DNA of 30,740 nucleotides from Aquificaceae bacterium (GTDB lineage Bacteria; Aquificota; Aquificia; Aquificales; Aquificaceae): NCBI GenBank assembly GCA_015490155.1, contig WFYI01000105.1, positions 1 to 30,740 of the forward strand, read 5' to 3'. Shown piece by piece: positions 1 to 8,485 of this stretch (position 1 is its first letter; each line of letters starts with the position of its first letter). The notes under the pieces were generated by a model. It saw only the letters and a program-made list of their open reading frames with translations, ran no database searches and was not told where the DNA came from. The position numbers and the translations under genes were made by a program.

Positions 1-738
1 AAAGAAGTCTTGATTTAGATGCACTGACCCATCATCGTATACATGAACCAGATGTTCTTTTATTAACTCTATAAACTTTTTAGTTTGTTCGGATTCAGGG
101 TTACCGTAAGGTGCTAAACCCATGAGTTTGTATTCTCCAGAGTTAACTTTGAATCCCAAATAGTAGGTAAAAGCTGTATAAAGCAGACCCACTGAGTGAG
201 GGAAGTGCATCTCCTTAAGTATCTCTATTTTGTTGCCTACACCTTTAGATATGGAAGCTGTAGCCCACTCGCCCACTCCGTCAACAGTCAGTATGGCAGC
301 CGATTCAAAGGGAGATGGAAAGAAAGCACTTGAGGCGTGGGATAGATGATGTTCTGGAAATAGTATTGGCGGTAACTTCTTAACATTTTCTATGTTCTTA
401 AGTTCGTTCCTGATCAATTTCTTTATAAAGAGCTTTTCGTTGATCCATGCGGGAATGGCTTGGACAAACTGTGTTAGTCCCTTTGGAGAGAACACATAGT
501 ACGTTTCCAACAATCTTTCAAACTTTATAAGGGGCTTTTCGTAAAAGGCTATTGCGGACAACTCTTCTATGGAAGTTCCAGAGTAATCAAGGCAGAAGCG
601 AACTGCGTTTATAGGAAATCTGGCATCATGCTTTTTTCTGGTAAACCTCTCTTCCTGAGCTGCAGCTACTATTTCACCGTCTTCTACTATGCATGCGGCT
701 GAGTCGTGGTAAAAAGCTGATATACCTAATACTTTCAT
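1..738 (-). CDS. Carbamoyltransferase (NodU/CmcH/HypF-like O-carbamoyltransferase family). Only the N-terminal ~246 codons are in the window; the 3' end lies beyond the window start.
   Basis: I translated the minus strand from ATG at 736-738: MKVLGISAFYHDSAACIVEDGEIVAAAQEERFTRKKHDARFPINAVRFCLDYSG...FPEHHLSHASSAFF...AILTVDGVGEWATASI... These are hallmark N-terminal motifs of the carbamoyltransferase family. The frame stays open to position 1. It is absent from the ORF track because it is truncated by the window edge. Confidence 0.85.
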   Translation of the reverse strand, partial: MKVLGISAFYHDSAACIVEDGEIVAAAQEERFTRKKHDARFPINAVRFCLDYSGTSIEELSAIAFYEKPLIKFERLLETYYVFSPKGLTQFVQAIPAWINEKLFIKKLIRNELKNIENVKKLPPILFPEHHLSHASSAFFPSPFESAAILTVDGVGEWATASISKGVGNKIEILKEMHFPHSVGLLYTAFTYYLGFKVNSGEYKLMGLAPYGNPESEQTKKFIELIKEHLVHVYDDGSVHLNQDFF

Positions 739-747
739 CCCAGCTTC

Positions 748-1095
748 CTAATAAGGCTTATCAAAGTCACGAGGGCTGAACTTATGCTCCCTGCTCTGCC
801 ATGTAGAGGTTACATTCTTGCGATTTAACAACATAGGATTACGACGAGTTTTTTTGTATAAAAAACCTAAGGGTGTTAATACAAGTATATATATAACGCT
901 CAGGACGAGTATGCTTATGGCTCTGAATGCCCTAGTAGCCACGTATCCTATTGCGTTTGATATTCTATCTGATAGCTTTGGGAAAGCTAAGTGTATGTAT
1001 ATAGCTATAGCTGAAATAAGAGCAAAGTGCTTATCGTGAAAGTAACCGAGTAAAGCAAAGACAAAAGCTATTACAAGCACGAAACTGTGGGGCAT
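748..1095 (-). CDS. SxtJ-like small integral membrane protein (about 3 TM helices)
   Basis: 115-aa ORF lying 10 nt downstream of the carbamoyltransferase. It has a hydrophobic N-terminal two-thirds and a basic C-terminal tail ending ...RKNVTSTWQSREHKFSPRDF, which resembles the conserved SyW..R tail of SxtJ-family proteins. AAGGGA lies upstream of the ATG at 1093-1095. Confidence 0.55.
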   Translation of the reverse strand: MPHSFVLVIAFVFALLGYFHDKHFALISAIAIYIHLAFPKLSDRISNAIGYVATRAFRAISILVLSVIYILVLTPLGFLYKKTRRNPMLLNRKNVTSTWQSREHKFSPRDFDKPY

Positions 1096-1111
1096 ATCTT
1101 AAATCCCTTGT

Positions 1112-1261
1112 TCAGAATAGAGTGTATATAAACGGAGCAAAAGGAGAACTTCCTCCAAGAATTACTATGAACCCTATTAAAAACAGCACAAGTATTATAG
1201 GAAGGAGCCACCATTTTTTTCTTTCCAGTAAAAACCCCAAAACATCCTTCAAAATTTCCAT
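1112..1261 (-). CDS. DUF5989/SxtK-like 49-aa membrane peptide
   Basis: Not in the ORF track (under 60 aa). My translation is MEILKDVLGFLLERKKWWLLPIILVLFLIGFIVILGGSSPFAPFIYTLF*, which fits the KERKKWWLLPI...APFIYTLF pattern of DUF5989. A strong SD (TGGAGGT, plus-strand 1268-1274) lies 6 nt before the ATG at 1259-1261. A perfect TATAAT (plus-strand attata, 1281-1286) lies upstream. Confidence 0.55.
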   Translation of the reverse strand: MEILKDVLGFLLERKKWWLLPIILVLFLIGFIVILGGSSPFAPFIYTLF

Positions 1262-1312
1262 GAATTTACCTCCATATACCATTATAGTAGCTTTGGTGTA
1301 TCATTAATCCCC

Positions 1313-2659
1313 ATGCGAAATTATAGCCCCGAGGACTTGGTAAGGTGGGACAAAGAACACTTCTGGCATCCTTTTACCCAGATGAAGGTTTACAGGGAGG
1401 AGGACAACCTCATATTTGAGAGAGGAGAAGGAGTTTATCTCTACGATATTCATGGGAATAAGTATATAGATGCGGTATCTTCCCTATGGTGCAACGTTCA
1501 CGGACATAATCACCCCAAGCTAAACAGAGCTGTAGAAGAGCAGCTCAAAAAGGTTGCTCACACTACAACGCTGGGAAGCTCCAACGTTCCTGCGATACTG
1601 CTGGCAAAGAAGCTTACGGAGATTGCTCCAGAAGGTCTTACCAAGGTCTTTTACTCGGAGGACGGAGCGGAGGCGGTTGAGATAGCCCTCAAAATGGCTT
1701 ACCACTACTGGAGGAATAAGGGAGAAGATAAGAGAACCTTTATAACACTGTCCGAGGCTTATCATGGAGATACCATAGGTGCGGTTAGTGTGGGAGGTAT
1801 AGACCTCTTTCATGGAACTTACAGAGACTTGCTCTTTGAAACCATAAGGCTACCCTCGCCCTATCTGTACTGCAAGCAAGAACATGGTGGACTTTCCCAA
1901 ACCTGCCTTGCGGATTTAATCATAAGACTTCAAGAGCTTCTCAGAGCGAGAAGGGACGTTGTTGCCGTGGTTCTTGAGAGCGGCATTCAGGCGGCTGCGG
2001 GAATGCTTCCCTATCCCAAAGGCTTCATGAAGGAAGTGAGAGAGCTTACCCGCAGATACGAGGTTCTGATGATAGTGGACGAGGTTGCAACGGGATTCGG
2101 TAGAACCGGGAGCATGTTCTACTGCCAGCAGGAGGGAATAACTCCCGACTTCATGTGCTTGGGCAAGGGGATAACCGGGGGCTATCTTCCCTTGGCGGCT
2201 ACCCTCACCACAAACAGAGTCTTTGAAGCCTTCTTGGGAGAGTTCGGAGATGCAAAGCACTTCTATCACGGACACACCTACACAGGCAACAACCTTGCGG
2301 CGGCTGTATCCTTGGCAAACCTTGAGCTGTTTGAGGAAGAAAAGACCCTTGAGAGGCTAAAGCCCAAAATAGAGCTTCTTACCCGTAGGCTGGAGGAGTT
2401 CTGGGAACTAAAGCACGTGGGAGACGTAAGACAGCTGGGATTCATGGCAGGCATAGAGCTTGTCAAGGATAGAGAAAGCAGAGAACCTTTCCCTTACGGA
2501 GAGAGAACCGGTTTTAAGGTAGCCCACAAGTGCCGTGAAAAAGGCGTGTTCCTAAGACCTCTCGGAGACGTGATGGTTCTGATGATGCCTTTAGTAATAA
2601 GGGAGGAGGAGATAAACTACGTCATAGACACCCTCAAGTGGGCTATATCGGAGTTATGA
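1313..2659 (+). CDS. bioA: Adenosylmethionine-8-amino-7-oxononanoate aminotransferase (class III PLP aminotransferase)
   Basis: 448 aa. Full-length similarity to BioA: N-terminal WHPFTQMK motif, PLP-lysine region ...DEVATGFGRTGSMF..., and a C-terminal GDVRQLGFMAGIEL motif. Confidence 0.93.
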   Translation: MRNYSPEDLVRWDKEHFWHPFTQMKVYREEDNLIFERGEGVYLYDIHGNKYIDAVSSLWCNVHGHNHPKLNRAVEEQLKKVAHTTTLGSSNVPAILLAKKLTEIAPEGLTKVFYSEDGAEAVEIALKMAYHYWRNKGEDKRTFITLSEAYHGDTIGAVSVGGIDLFHGTYRDLLFETIRLPSPYLYCKQEHGGLSQTCLADLIIRLQELLRARRDVVAVVLESGIQAAAGMLPYPKGFMKEVRELTRRYEVLMIVDEVATGFGRTGSMFYCQQEGITPDFMCLGKGITGGYLPLAATLTTNRVFEAFLGEFGDAKHFYHGHTYTGNNLAAAVSLANLELFEEEKTLERLKPKIELLTRRLEEFWELKHVGDVRQLGFMAGIELVKDRESREPFPYGERTGFKVAHKCREKGVFLRPLGDVMVLMMPLVIREEEINYVIDTLKWAISEL

Positions 2660-3513
2660 AAAGGGCAAAGGTCGTTCGTCGGCAGGCCCAGCTGATAGAG
2701 GTTCTCACTCAAGAAGGCAAAAGGCTCAGAGGAATACCCTTAGGGAAGCTCCGCAAAAGAGAGAAAGTTTATGCGGGGGATACGGTTCTGGGCAAAGAGG
2801 ACAAGGATAGCTTCCTTATTGAAGAGATAGAACCGAGAAAAAACTTACTCCCCAGACCACCTGTCACCAACGTGGACAGCGTCCTTATCGTAGCCACACT
2901 AAAAGAACCGGAGTTTAATAACTTCCTTTTAGACAACCTGCTTGCGGTTTACGAACACTTCGAAGTAGAGCCTATCATTGTTTTTAATAAAACTGACCTG
3001 CTTTCAGCAGGTGATAGAGAGAAGCTGGAAAGCTGGATTGATATTTACAAAAATGCCGGATACGAAGTTTTGAAGGTAAGTGCAAAAAAAGGAGAAGGTA
3101 TAGAAGAAATAAATAGAGTCATAAAAGGAGGCACTTGCATACTCGCCGGAGCTTCCGGGGTAGGAAAAAGCTCTCTACTTAAAGCCCTTACCGGAAAGGA
3201 GCTTAGAACTGGGGAGGTAAGTAAAAAGACGAAGAGAGGCAGGCACACCACCACCGGCGTGGTGCTAATACCCCTCGGAGAAGATACCTTCTTGGGAGAC
3301 ACCCCCGGCTTCTCAAAGGTTGACGCTACCCTATTTATAGACAAAAGGGAACTGCCCAATTTCTTTAGAGAGTTTGGCAACTTCACCTGCAAATACTCCG
3401 ACTGTACCCACACGAAAGAACCCGGCTGCGGCGTAAAAGATGCCCTGCAAAAAGGTTTAATCTCGGCTCAAAGATACGAAAGCTATCTCAGGCTTCTAAA
3501 TGCCTACGCTTAG
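2656..3513 (+). CDS. rsgA: Ribosome small-subunit biogenesis GTPase RsgA (YjeQ)
   Basis: OB-fold N-terminus, circularly permuted GTPase (G4 NKTDLL preceding the G1 GASGVGKSSLLKAL motif) and a C-terminal zinc-finger region with Cys residues and one His (CKYSDCTHTKEPGCGV). I place the start at ATG 2656, overlapping the bioA TGA (ATGA), rather than at the ORF-track ATG at 2638. Confidence 0.88.
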   Translation: MKRAKVVRRQAQLIEVLTQEGKRLRGIPLGKLRKREKVYAGDTVLGKEDKDSFLIEEIEPRKNLLPRPPVTNVDSVLIVATLKEPEFNNFLLDNLLAVYEHFEVEPIIVFNKTDLLSAGDREKLESWIDIYKNAGYEVLKVSAKKGEGIEEINRVIKGGTCILAGASGVGKSSLLKALTGKELRTGEVSKKTKRGRHTTTGVVLIPLGEDTFLGDTPGFSKVDATLFIDKRELPNFFREFGNFTCKYSDCTHTKEPGCGVKDALQKGLISAQRYESYLRLLNAYA

Positions 3514-4693
3514 CGGAGTTGAACCACTCTATAAATAGAATAATAAACACAGCCAATATGAGTGAAGATACGAATGACACCGCCACTATAAGCTCCCTTT
3601 TAGGCTTAACGGGTTTTTCAGAGGATTTGGCAAATACTACAGGCTCTATAACTCTTTCATTCTCTATAAGGTTCTTAAATGAGTTTAGTTTGTTACTAAG
3701 CAAATCCTTTTCCAAATTTAATAACTCTACACTTAACTTTATTTTATCTATGGAATTTTCAAGCTTTTTACTCTCTGCGGGGATTTCTTTTTTAAGCCTG
3801 TAATCCAGAACATTCAACTGTGTTTTTATTTCTTTTATCATTGCCTTCTTGCTTAGCATAGCGCGTTCCGTTTCCAAAAGCTCTTCCTTTAATCTATTTC
3901 TCTCCTTGTAAAGTTCCACGAGGGCTAAATCCTTATTTTGTTTTTGAGCAAGGTCTTTAATTTTGGTCTCAACATCTCTAAGCGAGGCTTTCATTTCTTC
4001 AAGCTTTTTGCTTAAAAGGGTTCTTTCTTTTTCTAATTCATCAATCCTTTGAAGTAAAGCTTTTTTACTACTCTTAAGTTTAAGAATTTTCTGATTGAGC
4101 TGCGTTTTTTCCGAGTTTTCTAAGTCTTCGATCTCTTTTTCTTTCTTTTCAATCTCTATTTCCAATTTCTTTATACTGCTGGATAATGCCTTTATCTGTT
4201 CCTCAATCTCTTCTTTGTAAGGCTCTACAGTGAAATCTTTTACTACCTTGTTAATTAACTTATCCAATTTGCTTAGCGCTTTCTTAGTCTCCCCCAAATT
4301 TCCGTGGAGGTATCCGAGCTTTAAGAACATACCCTTTTGGGATACGCTTATACCCTTAGCCAATTCAGGAGGAGCAAGTTGTTTAAGTGTACTTTCTATC
4401 ATTTTCGTAATATTTTCATAGAATTCATAGAAAGAAATTGGCTTTAGAGATTTACCTTTTGATATATAGGATGTTTCTCCCCTTTCACTTTTGTAAATTT
4501 CATTCAAAGGATATAGTGAATACGCTTCATACTTTGGTTCTGCAATTACGTATGCATATATCACGGCAATCAACGTGAGGACTGAAGGAATTAATACTAA
4601 AAGTTTCCATCTTCTTTTAAGGATGAGGTAAAGTTCATAGAGGTCTATCTCCTCCTCTTGATAATTACTTTCTCTCTCCCTGTTTTTGTCCAT
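3488..4693 (-). CDS. Wzz/polysaccharide co-polymerase (PCP)-like chain-length determinant protein
   Basis: The N-terminal Wzz-domain signature is EEEIDLYELYLILKRRWKLLVLIPSVLTLIAVIYAYVIAEPKYEA (TM1). A long K/E-rich coiled-coil periplasmic region follows. The C-terminus has a proline/lysine-rich PVKPKRELIVAVSFVSSLILAVFIILFIEWF (TM2). This is classic PCP topology. The gene is markedly AT-rich. It is convergent with rsgA and overlaps it by 26 nt. Confidence 0.7.
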   Translation of the reverse strand: MDKNRERESNYQEEEIDLYELYLILKRRWKLLVLIPSVLTLIAVIYAYVIAEPKYEAYSLYPLNEIYKSERGETSYISKGKSLKPISFYEFYENITKMIESTLKQLAPPELAKGISVSQKGMFLKLGYLHGNLGETKKALSKLDKLINKVVKDFTVEPYKEEIEEQIKALSSSIKKLEIEIEKKEKEIEDLENSEKTQLNQKILKLKSSKKALLQRIDELEKERTLLSKKLEEMKASLRDVETKIKDLAQKQNKDLALVELYKERNRLKEELLETERAMLSKKAMIKEIKTQLNVLDYRLKKEIPAESKKLENSIDKIKLSVELLNLEKDLLSNKLNSFKNLIENERVIEPVVFAKSSEKPVKPKRELIVAVSFVSSLILAVFIILFIEWFNSAKRRHLEA

Positions 4694-4712
4694 CTGTCAG
4701 GGCAATTTTAAC

Positions 4713-5573
4713 TCACTTACCGCCCTTAGGCAACTGGATTATGGGCGTCATCTTGGAGTCGTAGGGCATGAGGATTATGGTGTTGTTGGGGCTTTCTGCG
4801 TAGGCTTTTATGTTTTCCAGAAACTTCCAAGTTAGATACTCTTTTGTAAGGGAGCCGGCTATTATCCTGTTTGCCTCGGCTATACCTTTTGCCTCTATCT
4901 TCTTCCTTTCCGCCTCAAGCTTTTCCTTCTCTACAAGGAACTTCATCCTTTGAGCTTCTTCCAAAGCCCTACGCTTTTGCTCTATAGCCTCAACCACTTT
5001 GGTGGGCAGTCTTATATCCCTTATGAGTATCTCGTCAAGCATTATGAACCTTTTTTCCAACTCAGAATTTACCTGCTGGGCTATCTTCTCTTGTATCACA
5101 GCCCTTTCTTGATAGACCTGCGCGCTGTCCAAGGTAGCGATAACGTCCCTAACCGCAGACCTTATTACAGGTTTTATTATCCTGTCCTCGTAAAACAGCC
5201 CGTACTCTATAAATATCTCCGCCGCCTTGTCGGGCATTATCTTGTAGAGCGTTGTCAGCTCCACGTTTATCGTAAGCCCATCTTTGGATAGAGCATTTAT
5301 AGAATTTCCGCCGGTCAGGTCGTAGCTGTGGGTTCTGACCGACATCTTCTCAACCTTCTGAAGAATAGGAACTATTATGTGTAAGCCAGGCGGAAGCTCC
5401 TCTTTATCAGCTTTGCCGAGGGTTAGTTTAACGCCCACGAATCCGCTGGGAACGACAACAAATGGGTTTGATATGAAAACCACGAGGAGTAAAGCTACCA
5501 ACACAGCCGGCAGAATAGCCAGAGCCTTCGGAAACTTGGGAGGGTTAGGAAACTTGCCCGGTTCTAAATCCAT
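4713..5573 (-). CDS. SPFH/band-7 (prohibitin/HflC-like) membrane protein
   Basis: 286 aa. N-terminal TM anchor, then the band-7 core (...FVGVKLTLGKADKEELPPGLHIIVPILQKVEKMSVRTHSYD...). The C-terminus is a coiled coil (EQKRRALEEAQRMKFLVEKEKLEAERKKIEAKGIAEANRII). Confidence 0.88.
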   Translation of the reverse strand: MDLEPGKFPNPPKFPKALAILPAVLVALLLVVFISNPFVVVPSGFVGVKLTLGKADKEELPPGLHIIVPILQKVEKMSVRTHSYDLTGGNSINALSKDGLTINVELTTLYKIMPDKAAEIFIEYGLFYEDRIIKPVIRSAVRDVIATLDSAQVYQERAVIQEKIAQQVNSELEKRFIMLDEILIRDIRLPTKVVEAIEQKRRALEEAQRMKFLVEKEKLEAERKKIEAKGIAEANRIIAGSLTKEYLTWKFLENIKAYAESPNNTIILMPYDSKMTPIIQLPKGGK

Positions 5574-5723
5574 AGTGGATATAAATTTAACCCATTTGTG
5601 AGAAAAGTCTAAGGGAATTGGGAGCCGATAGATTCGTATACAAGACCAAATCCGTAGTTTTCGACTCAGCCCACCGAAGGTATTGCATGTACCATATACA
5701 AGATAATTGCTTATGAAAGATTC

Positions 5724-6761
5724 TTAGTCCTCTTTCCAGTATTCGTCGAAGGCTATCCAAGTTCTCGGTATTATGTGGTCTAAGTTGTCCCACGATTTCA
5801 TGTATTTAACTCTCTTTTGAGCAGCTCTGTTTAGGGAATCGCCGAATGTATCTAAACTTTCTTCTTCGTAATCTTCGGTATCTTCGTTAATTATTGCTTC
5901 CGCCGCCATGCGTCCCGTTAGAATTGCGTTTGCAATTCCTCCTCCGGTTATAGGGTGACAGAAACCTCCTGCGTCTCCAACTAGCAGGATATTTTTTCTC
6001 AAAGGGTTCTTTATACCTTCCGCAGGTATCCAGCCTCCCGTTCTTTCAAGTATTTTTCTGCTAACCCAACCTTCCGAGGTGACCTCTTCAACGAACCTCT
6101 TTAGCACACTCATAACGTTAATGGGATAATAGGGGTCTATACCAACGCCGACATTTGCGAGTTTGCCTTTTGGAAATATCCAGCCGTACCCTCCGGGTAT
6201 GTAGTCTCTGAAATAAATAATTAGGTCTGATAATACTTTATTTAAAGGCATAGTAAACTGAGCGGTTGTCAAAAAGTTCTGCGTGTGCTGTCCCGTGAGC
6301 TTTGCAATTTTAGACCTTGCTCCGTCCGCGGCTACTATAAAGTCAGCTTTTACGCTTAACCTTTGTCTCGTATCTATATGCTCAAGTACCACACTACCGT
6401 TCTCAAATCCCGTGAACCTCGTTCTGAGCTTAAGGATTGCACCTTCCTTGCACGCAAGTTCCATAATGTTCTTATCGAAAATCCTACGGTTCAGAACGAA
6501 GCCTTCGGAGGGCATACTGACTACATCCCCCCAAGGTGTGAAGTGAACCATATCCTTAACCTTTTGAGCTACACTCCCCTGCGGGAAATACTCCGGAAAC
6601 TGGTAAGATATCTGAATTGGGACAAACTCCGCACACTGAACCGGAGAACCCACCTCGCGCTTGAAATCAACAGTTAAAACCTTAAGCCCTGCTTTAGAAA
6701 GCAAGTATGAAGCCGTTGCCCCTCCGGGACCTGCACCTATTACGAGAACGTCGAACTTCAC
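5724..6761 (-). CDS. FAD-dependent geranylgeranyl reductase-family oxidoreductase
   Basis: The N-terminal FAD Rossmann motif is MKFDVLVIGAGPGGATASYLLSKAGLKV. Overall similarity is to the ChlP / digeranylgeranylglycerophospholipid reductase family. Confidence 0.82.
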   Translation of the reverse strand: MKFDVLVIGAGPGGATASYLLSKAGLKVLTVDFKREVGSPVQCAEFVPIQISYQFPEYFPQGSVAQKVKDMVHFTPWGDVVSMPSEGFVLNRRIFDKNIMELACKEGAILKLRTRFTGFENGSVVLEHIDTRQRLSVKADFIVAADGARSKIAKLTGQHTQNFLTTAQFTMPLNKVLSDLIIYFRDYIPGGYGWIFPKGKLANVGVGIDPYYPINVMSVLKRFVEEVTSEGWVSRKILERTGGWIPAEGIKNPLRKNILLVGDAGGFCHPITGGGIANAILTGRMAAEAIINEDTEDYEEESLDTFGDSLNRAAQKRVKYMKSWDNLDHIIPRTWIAFDEYWKED

Positions 6762-7039
6762 TCTTTAGAATTTAGCTCAACTTTCATCAATTTGCTCATT
6801 TTAAAGTGGGGGACGTATCTCTCCTTAACAAATATTTCTATGCCGGTTTTAGGGTCTTTGACGAGCCTTGAGGAACGCTTTTTAGGCTTGAAGCTACCTA
6901 AACCTCTTATCTCTATCCTTCCCCCTTCTGCGAGATTTTCAGCCATCAATTGAAACATCATATCAACCACTTCCTTAACCCTTTTCTCCGGTAAATCCAT
7001 TTCCTTGGCAATCCTTCTTATAAGCTCTGACTTATTCAC
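6758..7039 (-). CDS. HU/IHF-family nucleoid DNA-binding protein
   Basis: The sequence is MNKSELIRRIAKEMDLPEKRVKEVVDMMFQLMAENLAEGGRIEIRGLGSFKPKKRSSRLVKDPKTGIEIFVKERYVPHFK..., a canonical HU/IHF fold. I place the start at GTG 7037-7039, preceded by SD GAGGAGG at 9-nt spacing. The ORF-track TTG start at 7057 adds a non-native MRRKRQV extension. Confidence 0.82.
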   Translation of the reverse strand: MNKSELIRRIAKEMDLPEKRVKEVVDMMFQLMAENLAEGGRIEIRGLGSFKPKKRSSRLVKDPKTGIEIFVKERYVPHFKMSKLMKVELNSKE

Positions 7040-7475
7040 CTGCCTTTTCCTCCTCAATGTACACAGTCCTAACTCGCTTATTTACAGCTTTTGCTTCTAA
7101 GGAGTTCTTCCTTTTATTGTAGACAATAATGTCCGCCTCAAGCAAGTTGCCTTTATCTTCCACTCTTGCGTTTCCCTTTAGAATTAACTTTTCTGAAATC
7201 AGGTCGTACTCCCCGTAATCCGCTTTAGCTTTCCTCCTTCCTTCTATGTACCTGACGTTTCCGGTAGCCACAAGTTTTTTAGGTTTTCCTTTTTCGTCTA
7301 CAAACACCTCCACCTTATCCGCCGATAGAACTCCTCCGTCCTTGGTGAGCTTTACGTTACCCTTGTAAACTATCTTTCCCTCTTTAAACTCGAGGCTATC
7401 CGACTCCCCAACTATTGCTTGTGAAAATGCAGAAAGAGAAATTATCAGAAAGCTCAAGAGAAATTTACGCATCAT
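7032..7475 (-). CDS. lptA: Lipopolysaccharide transport periplasmic protein LptA (OstA-N domain)
   Basis: 147 aa. Signal peptide [20 protein letters not shown], then the OstA-like beta-jellyroll (VYKGNVKLTKDGGVLSADKVEVFVDEKGKPKKLVATGNVRY...). The position immediately downstream of lptC matches the conserved kdsC-lptC-lptA order. Confidence 0.8.
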   Translation of the reverse strand: MMRKFLLSFLIISLSAFSQAIVGESDSLEFKEGKIVYKGNVKLTKDGGVLSADKVEVFVDEKGKPKKLVATGNVRYIEGRRKAKADYGEYDLISEKLILKGNARVEDKGNLLEADIIVYNKRKNSLEAKAVNKRVRTVYIEEEKAGE

Positions 7476-7974
7476 GTTTAGTCTTTACCTCTTTTATTAT
7501 AACCCTCAGCGGTGAAAGGAATATCTCGTAGCCTTTACCGCTAACGTAGTTCTCGTATCTCCACACCTCTATAATACCGCTTCCCCATATTTTTTTTCTC
7601 TTCAGGTCTATGTTAGCCTTCTGCGTTTTTATAAAGAGAGCCTCTCCCTTTATCTCTACTTTTCCTTCTATGCTTCCTTTACCACTCAATCTGTTTATCC
7701 TACCTCTCGTAGCCTTTATCACATACTCCTCAGAGCTTAAATTCAGGTCGTCCATCAGCACATCTACGCCTATTGAGTACAATCTCTTACCTTCTACATT
7801 CCACTCTACGCCGTTTCTACCGTAAATCTTTATAAGGACATCTTCAAGATAGCCTACCCTGTTACCGGGGTTGGGTATACTCTCATCGAACCTAAACTCA
7901 TTGAGGTAAGCTATGGAACCCCCAAGAAGGAGTACGTAAATCAAGTGTAGTAGTAATGTTTTACCTGTACCCAT
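7465..7974 (-). CDS. lptC: LptC-like LPS export protein (single N-terminal TM anchor)
   Basis: 169 aa. TM anchor [17 protein letters not shown] followed by a beta-rich periplasmic domain. It sits between kdsC and lptA and overlaps both, which is the conserved synteny. Confidence 0.62.
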   Translation of the reverse strand: MGTGKTLLLHLIYVLLLGGSIAYLNEFRFDESIPNPGNRVGYLEDVLIKIYGRNGVEWNVEGKRLYSIGVDVLMDDLNLSSEEYVIKATRGRINRLSGKGSIEGKVEIKGEALFIKTQKANIDLKRKKIWGSGIIEVWRYENYVSGKGYEIFLSPLRVIIKEVKTKHDA

Positions 7975-8485
7975 CGAGCATTTCCCTTCTAATACCCCTT
8001 AGGGCAAGTATAAGCTCGGCTACTTCCCTCACAGCACCTTCGCCGCCCCTAACGGTTGTTATATAGGAAGCAAACTTCTTAACCTCCTCGTAAGCGTTGC
8101 TCACTGCTACGGGGAAACCCACAAGCCTCATAACGGGTATGTCAACGTAGTCGTCACCTATAAAACCTATTTGTGAAAACTCGAGCTTGTACTCCCTACT
8201 TATGTTTTCTAATATCTCTCTTTTTCGCACCCTGCCCATGAAAATCTTTTCTTTATCTATTCCCAGCTCAAGAAGTCTGTTTTTTAGAGCTTCCGACTCC
8301 CTACCCGATATTATACCCACGTCTATCTTTATGCTCTGAAGGAGCTTTATACCAAGTCCATCGTGTACGTTGAAGACCTTTACTCGCTCGCCATCTTCAA
8401 GATAAAAGAGCCTGCCGTCAGTCAGAACGCCGTCAACATCCAGAAGGAGAAGTCTTAGGTTTGAAACTCTATCTCTCAAACTCAT
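7961..8485 (-). CDS. kdsC: 3-deoxy-D-manno-octulosonate 8-phosphate phosphatase (HAD superfamily)
   Basis: HAD motif [14 protein letters not shown]. Overall KdsC similarity (...[35 protein letters not shown]...). About 174 aa, typical of KdsC. Confidence 0.85.
   Translation of the reverse strand: MSLRDRVSNLRLLLLDVDGVLTDGRLFYLEDGERVKVFNVHDGLGIKLLQSIKIDVGIISGRESEALKNRLLELGIDKEKIFMGRVRKREILENISREYKLEFSQIGFIGDDYVDIPVMRLVGFPVAVSNAYEEVKKFASYITTVRGGEGAVREVAELILALRGIRREMLDGYR

Noticed and set aside
1122..1307. 61-aa plus-strand ORF in the gap before bioA
   Set aside because: It is antisense to the 49-aa DUF5989-like ORF. That ORF has a strong SD and a TATAAT, a family-typical sequence, and it completes the carbamoyltransferase/SxtJ/DUF5989 trio. 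The plus-strand ORF has no SD and a low-complexity translation.
5587..5793. 68-aa minus-strand ORF spanning the GGR C-terminus and the intergenic region
   Set aside because: It begins inside the geranylgeranyl reductase coding sequence in a different frame, has no SD and has no similarity to any known protein. It is most likely a chance ORF in an AT-rich spacer.
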